Sequence record: PP601403.1
Strand: one strand, 5' to 3'
Length of the DNA stretch: 64,000 nt
Positions 54,731 to 61,750 of the stretch are shown here, piece by piece. A model generated the notes under the pieces. It was not told the origin of the DNA. It worked only from the letters and a program-made list of their open reading frames with translations, and did not search any database. The position numbers and the translations under genes were made by a program. Position 1 is the first letter of the stretch; every line of letters starts with the position of its first letter.

Positions 54731-55398
54731 CTTTGCAAGAACGTTTGGAACAAGAGGATTTGCTGTTTGGACTTAAAGGTTATGATGTAGACGGTTTCCT
54801 ACATCGTTGGAAGAAAGAACTTTCTTTATTGGAGAGTACTTGTTCTGAAGATCCAAAGTGTAGCTATCATAATTTCAGCCATGCTTTAGGTGTGGGAATG
54901 ATCATGGAGAAGTTGCTGGAGGAATCATGCAAGTTTTCAGTAAGCGAAAAACATCGTGGGGTGGTGGCTGCTATTTATCACGACTTCCTGTACGGTGGTC
55001 ACAAAGATGACAGTCTAAATATTCGCATTACCATTGATAGTTTCATGTTTACTGGACGATCGGTACTAGATCACGCTGTTGATCGTGATTTTGTTTGTAC
55101 CATTATTGCACAAACAAGATACCCATATAAACCAGATGACAGACTGACAGATCTTGGTAAGTTACTAAGAGATGCTGATCGTTTATATGGATTAGTATTT
55201 TCATCCACACAAATGGTTAACCGTCTTTATCTGGCTCTTGGTCATAAATTAGGCGTTTATTATCTAAATGATTTTGTTGAAAGGAATATCAAATTCCTTG
55301 AAGAGTTTGAATGTTTCTCCCAACAGGGAAAGAAACTTTATGATCAAACTGTACAACAGGCAATTGATATCCACAAACGTGTTTTGTGGAACGACTAA
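54727..55398 (+). CDS. HD-superfamily phosphohydrolase, class I PDE-like motif set
   Basis: YHNFSHALGV, AAIYHDF and LRDAD metal-binding motifs. Confidence 0.8.
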   Translation: MTLQERLEQEDLLFGLKGYDVDGFLHRWKKELSLLESTCSEDPKCSYHNFSHALGVGMIMEKLLEESCKFSVSEKHRGVVAAIYHDFLYGGHKDDSLNIRITIDSFMFTGRSVLDHAVDRDFVCTIIAQTRYPYKPDDRLTDLGKLLRDADRLYGLVFSSTQMVNRLYLALGHKLGVYYLNDFVERNIKFLEEFECFSQQGKKLYDQTVQQAIDIHKRVLWND

Positions 55399-55406
55399 GT
55401 GACATA

Positions 55407-55440
55407 AACTCTCTACTCCCAATTATGGGAGTAGAGAGTT
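55407..55440. terminator. Stem-loop terminator
   Basis: AACTCTCTACTCCCA-ATTA-TGGGAGTAGAGAGTT. Confidence 0.85.
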
Positions 55441-55466
55441 ATTAATTCTATTTGTTTTTTGTTTCA

Positions 55467-55477
55467 AGATCTTATGA
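55467..55477 (+). promoter_or_regulatory. Candidate late promoter AGATCTTATGA for tailspike 2
   Basis: Identical to the element upstream of tailspike 1. Confidence 0.6.
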
Positions 55478-55533
55478 CCGTTCTGAGGAATCACTTTAAT
55501 AGTGATCTGAATTTTCATAAGAGGAACAGATTA

Positions 55534-57894
55534 ATGTCCAGTAACAAACCTTTCCCATCGCCAGATCTTGACGTATTTAAAGAAAACTCACTTATATTAG
55601 ACAACTTTGTCAACAGTCAAGATAATGAACATCCTGATCGTTTTAACAGAAAAAGACCAACTATCACAGGGATTATCAAAGAAGCTTTTAACGTCCGTAC
55701 TGACATTTCCAATATGAACGAAACTCTTATTGGTCAAAGTCGTTGGGACGCGGTTCCTAAGAATACCAGTTTGAGTTTAGGTGGTGATAACGGAGCTTTG
55801 AACAAACAAGCTCAAGCTTTGTTTAACCGAACTGAAATGTTGAAAGTTCACGCGCGAGAAGCACTTCGTAGAACTTATCAAGAAGTGGGTTTAAATCTGG
55901 TTGAAGGTTCTTTTGAGGAAGGCGGAACCTTAAACACTGTTACCGACATTCTACTTGAGGAGAAAACTGGTAAAGTTTATAGCTGGACTGGGAGTTTTCC
56001 GAAAGTTGTTAATAAAGGAACTTTACCAACTAGCGAAGCTGAATTTTTAGAACAAAATATTAAATCTCTTTATGGTGTGTTATCAAGAACTTTTGATAAC
56101 GACGGTATTGTTTTTAGCACTGTAGAGTTAGAAAATACTTCACTACCCATCGGAACAACAATAAGGGTTGATGGGAGGTATGGGGGGAGATTTAAAATTA
56201 TACCCAGAGGGTCGAAGGTCCCTGACGGGTACTTTTTACTATCGGCTGGGGGCAATAAACTCGCAGAGTTGCAATTTTCTAATATTCTTAAGCCAGAATG
56301 GTTTGGGGTTTTTTCCAACGCGCCAGGATCATTAGAATCTGAAACTGCTGATGGCTTAAATGCCATGTTTTCAGCATTAAAAAATAAAACCGGGTTGGTT
56401 TTTGAACTTAATGGTGTTTATTATGTTAATAAACAAATTACAGTTCCATTCTGCGAAACTACTTCTCCGCATATCCTAAGAATTTTTACTATTTCAGGCA
56501 AAAATTCTATAATAGCAAGCTCACACCAACAAAAAACACTAGTAATTAAAACTTCTTCAGATATCGGTCGGCGTAATTATGGATTTTCAATAGAGGATTT
56601 AACACTTAGAAATACCGTAGGTTGGGTAAAGGGTACTGGGCTTTATATCGAGGGGTCTTTTAGCCCTATATTTTCTAGGGTTTTTTGTCATAACTTTGAC
56701 AAATGTTTTGAAATTTACTGTTCATCCGAAGTAATATTTGATAAATGCGTCGCTACCACGTGCAACTATGGTGTGTATGGTGACCAGCTGGCTAATCCTA
56801 ATGGAGTTAATGGTAACGATTACTCTGTCATTACTTATAATCAGTTTGTTTGCTTCGGATTTGAAAAATGTGCCATTAGATCTAATGGTGGTGGTTCAGC
56901 CAAACATATTGGCGGGACTATGGCATCACCCGGGCTAGCAGCTAGGAGCTTTATACAATATCAAGGTTCTATAAGAGACGTTGTGATAGAAGACGTTCTC
57001 TTGGAATGTCAAAATGTCACATTGGATGGTTGTATATCATTCCTAGGGAATGGATTAAAACGTTCCATTAAAATATCTGGGGTGGTACAAGAGGTTATTT
57101 CTTCACCCAATAATGTTCTTATAAGGGCAGATGGTGTTGAAAATATTACTATAGAAAACATTCCATTTACGGTTCAAGGTGATATATTTGAACATATAAA
57201 ATATGTTCGCATTGACGGAGCCAAGGTTGTTTCCTTTATCAACAATGCTCGTTCTTATAGCTATTTGAATAAAGTAGACTTATATGATGTAGAAGAGGTT
57301 TTTGTCGATGGATACAATTTTATAGAAATTAACCCCCAATCTACGATAAGATACACAACTACGGGTGAACCGGTTGGAATATACACGCTTAATAGTTATC
57401 AGCCAGGTGAATTATTGGACCATACTGGGAAGGCTGGATTTAAATGTTCTACAGTGTATAATCGTTTACATTTTTCGGAATTAATGGCTTTTCTTGCATC
57501 TAAAAAACCAATGATTTCTTGTGCCAAAGTTTTAACTCTTAGTGACGCATTGGGCGTTAAATTGGTCAATGGTAATGTTAACAAGGGTCAGTATACCTTT
57601 GGCTGTATTCCTGGAAGATGGAAGACACAGTTTTTTGTATTCCCTACTTCTGGATTAACCGTCGTAGATAGCAGTGTGAATGGACCTGTATATTTTAATA
57701 TCGCAGGTTGTTCAGGAGTTTATATGTTAACGCAAGAAAATTTTTATAACCCGCAAATTGCGATCCCAGAGAGTGAATTAAATAACATCACCGGTTGGCC
57801 TATCTATAAAACATTGTACAATACAGATACTACGCCCAATACACCAATAGGTTGGGTTAGTACCTATGGTGGTAAAAAGGCTATTAAAATTTAA
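55534..57894 (+). CDS. Tailspike 2, putative depolymerase (786 aa from MSSNKPF)
   Basis: GAGGA RBS; anchor region, LGGDNGALNKQAQALFNRT module, Tail_spike_N-like domain (GSFEEGG), beta-helix body. Confidence 0.85.
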   Translation: MSSNKPFPSPDLDVFKENSLILDNFVNSQDNEHPDRFNRKRPTITGIIKEAFNVRTDISNMNETLIGQSRWDAVPKNTSLSLGGDNGALNKQAQALFNRTEMLKVHAREALRRTYQEVGLNLVEGSFEEGGTLNTVTDILLEEKTGKVYSWTGSFPKVVNKGTLPTSEAEFLEQNIKSLYGVLSRTFDNDGIVFSTVELENTSLPIGTTIRVDGRYGGRFKIIPRGSKVPDGYFLLSAGGNKLAELQFSNILKPEWFGVFSNAPGSLESETADGLNAMFSALKNKTGLVFELNGVYYVNKQITVPFCETTSPHILRIFTISGKNSIIASSHQQKTLVIKTSSDIGRRNYGFSIEDLTLRNTVGWVKGTGLYIEGSFSPIFSRVFCHNFDKCFEIYCSSEVIFDKCVATTCNYGVYGDQLANPNGVNGNDYSVITYNQFVCFGFEKCAIRSNGGGSAKHIGGTMASPGLAARSFIQYQGSIRDVVIEDVLLECQNVTLDGCISFLGNGLKRSIKISGVVQEVISSPNNVLIRADGVENITIENIPFTVQGDIFEHIKYVRIDGAKVVSFINNARSYSYLNKVDLYDVEEVFVDGYNFIEINPQSTIRYTTTGEPVGIYTLNSYQPGELLDHTGKAGFKCSTVYNRLHFSELMAFLASKKPMISCAKVLTLSDALGVKLVNGNVNKGQYTFGCIPGRWKTQFFVFPTSGLTVVDSSVNGPVYFNIAGCSGVYMLTQENFYNPQIAIPESELNNITGWPIYKTLYNTDTTPNTPIGWVSTYGGKKAIKI
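55856..55878 (+). repeat. 23-nt exact repeat in three tailspike genes (also 58348..58370 and 62121..62143)
   Basis: GAGAAGCACTTCGTAGAACTTAT, encoding (R)EALRRTY. Confidence 0.9.
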
Positions 57895-57902
57895 ATAATT
57901 TA

Positions 57903-57935
57903 AACTCTACTTACTCCTAAGGAGTAAGTAGAGTT
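57903..57935. terminator. Stem-loop terminator
   Basis: AACTCTACTTACTCCT-A-AGGAGTAAGTAGAGTT; differs by 1 nt from 45661..45694. Confidence 0.9.
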
Positions 57936-57955
57936 ATTTTATATTATTTATTTTA

Positions 57956-58001
57956 TTGATTTTATGTACTTTGTTATTAACAGAGAAGGTAAGAACTTAT
58001 G
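57956..58001 (+). promoter_or_regulatory. Late-promoter/leader shared with 61704..61750
   Basis: TTGATTTTATGTACTTT and TAACAGAGAAGGTAA blocks are identical in both copies. Confidence 0.75.
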
Positions 58002-60872
58002 AATTCCACTGGTAATGATTTAGAATCCAATGACATCTTGGATTTTGAAGATAACTGTGAAAACTTAGATGTTTTAATGAATGCTGATCAAGACTATTGG
58101 ACTGATCGTCTTGGTAATAAACGTCCTACAATTGATTACGCTTTGCGTATGGCTGGATTTACACCAGCTGGATTTGATTTCACCACAGGTGGTGTTTTAA
58201 AGAATGGTGACAGAAACAAGTGTGTATTTAACCAAGCTGATCAAACTTGGTATAGTTGGTCAGGAGATCTTCCTTATAATGTAATTGCTGGAAGTACACC
58301 TGGGGAAGGTTGGAAAGTTGTTAATAGGAATGCTTTAACTATAGCAAGAGAAGCACTTCGTAGAACTTATCAGGAAGTTGGTTTAAACCTAGTTGAAGGT
58401 TCTTTTGAACAAGGCGGAGTGGTTTCCAGCATTACAGATGTGCTCTTGCGCGAGCGTGATGGTAAGGCTTATGGCTACACTGGGATCTTTCCGTTCACTG
58501 TAACCGGATCACAAATAGCTCCAGATCCACGCCTGTGGAAAGATAAAAGTCCCGTTAAAATAACTTTTAAACAACCGCAATTAGGTAGTGTAGAACGTGG
58601 TCTTCAAGACAAGTTGACAGATAACAGAACTACCTTGGATTATGGTGCTGTCGGTGACGGAGTGAATAACGACACTTCCGCATTCGTCATCATGTCAGCA
58701 CTGGCCTCAAACGTTCCTATTGATGGGCTGGGTAAGATCTATGTTGTTACCGATATTCCTCAGTCGGGGATATTTTTCAATGGAATGTGGAAAGTAGGTT
58801 CCACTCTTACACCATTCGAATACGTTGGTGCTATCAGAGCTGGTAATAATGTCATTGCGATCGGACCTAATGCGGCACCAAACTGTATTTCTGACGACTT
58901 CATAGCTATTGGTAACGGAGCGGCGCAATCCGTAGTTAGTGCTAGAAACGGCATTGCTATTGGCAAAAACTCAATGATGAGTAATATTTGGGGTCGCCAT
59001 AATCTAGGGTTTGGACTAGAGGCGCTACGGTCGCTGGTTGGGTCTCCTACTGATCAGATAGTAGGGTCTCGCAACATTGGCATGGGTGGTAACGCCGGTC
59101 GTTTTCTCACCGGTTCTCGTAACTTAATCTTTGGGCGAGATGCTGGACATAACCTCACTGACGCTCACCTTAACCTTATCATGGGTGTAGGATCGGTGAT
59201 GGGTGATGGACCCAACACGCTCAATCCAGGAGTTATTGAAAACCAAACACCTTTAACACCATCCTATACAGTTATGTTGGGTGCAGAATCTGGAAAATTT
59301 TGGAATGCCGGTTATGGTGTTGGTGTAGGACATCAAGTTCTGATGAACGTTAAATCTGACACCGGAATGGTGGGAGTTGGTGCTAACGCGTTCAGTCTAC
59401 ATCAATCAGACATGAGTCACTGGGGTACGACACAGCAATTAGTGAATCTTACCGGCACTTATGCTCAAAGTGCCGGTACATTAATAACTGTCACAATAAC
59501 TGGTCATGGGTTAGTTTCTGGATATCGGGCATTATTACGGTTCACCACTGGTCCAAATGGTGATGTCACCTTTAACGACGATAACTGGTTCGTGGTTACA
59601 GTTGTCGACGCCAACACCTTTACTATTTTATCTCCAGTGAGTTCTGTCGCCACCGGAAATGTTTCAGTTTCTAAGATAGCGACTACTATTCCGTATAGCG
59701 CATTAACTGGTGGCTGCGTGGGTGTAGGACGTGAGGTCGGTAACGGTGTTTCAAATTACAGATCAACAGGGATGGGTGATCGCGTCGGTAGTAAGGGTTT
59801 AGGAGTAGAAACATCTGGGTTCGGATATAACGTTTTCTTAAACTACGTCCCTGGTGCTGGTTCTAGTTCGTTTGGAGCTTATTCACAACAGAGTAACAAC
59901 AATGCTAGTGGGAACACTAGTTTTGGTGTTTTGACCATGGCTGGTAATGTCATTACTGGCGTTAGTAACTCCGCATTTGGACCTCAAGCACTAAGATACG
60001 TGTCAACAGGCGGGAACAACGCGGCTTTCGGTGGGAACGCTTTACGTGGACTAACTACTGGCAACTATAACTCTGCCTTTGGACCGGATTCCTTAAGGTT
60101 TGGTGTCGGTGGAATACTGGACCACAACTTCAATAACTGCGGTGGGTTCGGGTATCAAGCCTACGTGTCAGGGGATAACCAAATTCAGTTGGGCAATTCA
60201 GCCACCACTACCTATGTGTTTGGTACTGTCCAAAACCGTTGTGATGCTCGCGATAAGACCGATGTGCGTGATACTGAGCTCGGGATCGATTTTATCATGG
60301 GGTTGCGTCCAGTTGACTACCGACTGGATATGCGTGACGACTACGTTAAACAATATCCAGATCGACCAGAGTGTCCTGTTGAACCAACACCTCCGATAAA
60401 ACCAGAACCTGGACCGGTGGTTGAGACTACGGGAATAAATGATAGCAGTTCACAACCTGATGATTATAATGTTAAACTCCAGATGTACGAGAGCGAGTAT
60501 GTTGTATACGAAAATCTTTTATCTAAATATAAGACAGATTTGGCACAACACGAAAAATGTCTTGTTGAGTGGGAAATAGAGTGTAAGAAAATCAAAGCGT
60601 TCAACGAGCACGTATTTACTGGTGAAGGAAAGGACGGTAGTAAAGTTAGGACTCGTTTCCACCATGGGTTTATTGCGCAAGAAGTAAAGGCCCTTTCTGA
60701 TAAGTTAGGTTTAGACTTTGGCGGTTATCAAGATCACACTATTAATGGCGGCGCTGACGTTAGAACGCTTGGTTATGATGAATTCATCCCCTGTACAGTA
60801 AAAGCCATACAGACGTGTTGGAATCGTCTTGACGAACTAGAACAACGTATAGCTTCATTAGAAGAGAAATAA
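57999..60872 (+). CDS. Tail fibre/tailspike 3 with YadA-like head repeats and a C-terminal peptidase S74 intramolecular chaperone
   Basis: Anchor plus two Tail_spike_N-like domains, DYGAVGDG, IAIGxNA repeats, and CDARDK...LRPVDY...HHGFIAQEV...KAIQ. Confidence 0.9.
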   Translation: MNSTGNDLESNDILDFEDNCENLDVLMNADQDYWTDRLGNKRPTIDYALRMAGFTPAGFDFTTGGVLKNGDRNKCVFNQADQTWYSWSGDLPYNVIAGSTPGEGWKVVNRNALTIAREALRRTYQEVGLNLVEGSFEQGGVVSSITDVLLRERDGKAYGYTGIFPFTVTGSQIAPDPRLWKDKSPVKITFKQPQLGSVERGLQDKLTDNRTTLDYGAVGDGVNNDTSAFVIMSALASNVPIDGLGKIYVVTDIPQSGIFFNGMWKVGSTLTPFEYVGAIRAGNNVIAIGPNAAPNCISDDFIAIGNGAAQSVVSARNGIAIGKNSMMSNIWGRHNLGFGLEALRSLVGSPTDQIVGSRNIGMGGNAGRFLTGSRNLIFGRDAGHNLTDAHLNLIMGVGSVMGDGPNTLNPGVIENQTPLTPSYTVMLGAESGKFWNAGYGVGVGHQVLMNVKSDTGMVGVGANAFSLHQSDMSHWGTTQQLVNLTGTYAQSAGTLITVTITGHGLVSGYRALLRFTTGPNGDVTFNDDNWFVVTVVDANTFTILSPVSSVATGNVSVSKIATTIPYSALTGGCVGVGREVGNGVSNYRSTGMGDRVGSKGLGVETSGFGYNVFLNYVPGAGSSSFGAYSQQSNNNASGNTSFGVLTMAGNVITGVSNSAFGPQALRYVSTGGNNAAFGGNALRGLTTGNYNSAFGPDSLRFGVGGILDHNFNNCGGFGYQAYVSGDNQIQLGNSATTTYVFGTVQNRCDARDKTDVRDTELGIDFIMGLRPVDYRLDMRDDYVKQYPDRPECPVEPTPPIKPEPGPVVETTGINDSSSQPDDYNVKLQMYESEYVVYENLLSKYKTDLAQHEKCLVEWEIECKKIKAFNEHVFTGEGKDGSKVRTRFHHGFIAQEVKALSDKLGLDFGGYQDHTINGGADVRTLGYDEFIPCTVKAIQTCWNRLDELEQRIASLEEK

Positions 60873-60877
60873 TATTG

Positions 60878-60906
60878 CTAAGTACCTCTCCAAGAGAGGT
60901 ACTTAG
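60878..60906. terminator. Bidirectional stem-loop terminator
   Basis: CTAAGTACCTCTC-CAA-GAGAGGTACTTAG. Confidence 0.85.
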
Positions 60907-60907
60907 T

Positions 60908-61177
60908 TTATTTTTGATTGGGGTTTTTCATAGTCCCTATTAACGTATTGGAAACCTTAAGGAATCCCGGTAGCTGATCTTTACCAACAACACAGTTATT
61001 CTTCCAATTGAGATTAAATCCACCACATTGTAACCGTTCATGCTCTGGAATATCTGTAGCTTGTTGATCGTGATTTTCTCCACATACCTGCTGTGTTATT
61101 TCTGTCACTGGTGTATATTCATCCTTTCGAAGAAAGATTTGTTTAAACGAGGTTATAACACTCTGGATGATGTTCAT
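60908..61177 (-). CDS. Hypothetical protein
   Basis: 89 aa with a strong AAGGAG RBS on the minus strand. Confidence 0.65.
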   Translation of the reverse strand: MNIIQSVITSFKQIFLRKDEYTPVTEITQQVCGENHDQQATDIPEHERLQCGGFNLNWKNNCVVGKDQLPGFLKVSNTLIGTMKNPNQK

Positions 61178-61253
61178 GGTTTCTCCTTGTCACTAATAAC
61201 GCACTACACATCATGCATTGAAAAGTACCGAATAAATATAATGGTGACCTTTA

Positions 61254-61655
61254 ATGACTTTACAAGATTTCCTTTCTCACTATCAATACCAACCTGATCC
61301 TGTTAAGAAAGACATTTGGATTATTCCTAATAAAGTTAACAATCAATATCTTGACGATTGTGATGGTTTCTGTTTAGGAATACTTTACTATGTACTTGCT
61401 AATAGTTCACTTCTTACTTTCTGGTATTTGTTACTATTTACAGATACAAGAATTTATTACGTAATTACTAGTAAAAACATTGGTCATGTGGTATTGAGAT
61501 ATAAAGGTCTTTATATTGACACTTATTCAAAAGCTTGGGTGACTAAAGAACAGATGTTAGATTATGGACATAAGTTCCATTGGTCTAGAATGTTCTTTTT
61601 CTGGCAAGTTGCTTTGAAAATGTTAATTAGTAAGATCTTAGTTAAAATTAAATAG
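61254..61655 (+). CDS. Transglutaminase-like cysteine peptidase-fold protein
   Basis: DDCDGFC, GHVVL and YIDT give a Cys-His-Asp order. Confidence 0.6.
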   Translation: MTLQDFLSHYQYQPDPVKKDIWIIPNKVNNQYLDDCDGFCLGILYYVLANSSLLTFWYLLLFTDTRIYYVITSKNIGHVVLRYKGLYIDTYSKAWVTKEQMLDYGHKFHWSRMFFFWQVALKMLISKILVKIK

Positions 61656-61664
61656 TAATAACTT

Positions 61665-61694
61665 CTCTACTTCTCCAATTAAGGAGAAGTAGAG
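61665..61694. terminator. Stem-loop terminator
   Basis: CTCTACTTCTCC-AATTAA-GGAGAAGTAGAG. Confidence 0.8.
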
Positions 61695-61703
61695 GATCTT
61701 TAA

Positions 61704-61750
61704 TTGATTTTATGTACTTTAGTCAATAACAGAGAAGGTAAAGAATTATG
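61704..61750 (+). promoter_or_regulatory. Late-promoter/leader shared with 57956..58001
   Basis: Same two conserved blocks; TATG 34 nt before the start. Confidence 0.75.

Noticed and set aside
55459-55533. Upstream extension of tailspike 2
   Set aside because: It covers the promoter/leader. A good GAGGA RBS precedes ATG 55534, and the anchor homology starts there.
61040-61297. 85-aa plus-strand ORF overlapping 60908..61177
   Set aside because: No RBS; the minus-strand ORF has a strong AAGGAG and fits the hairpin layout.
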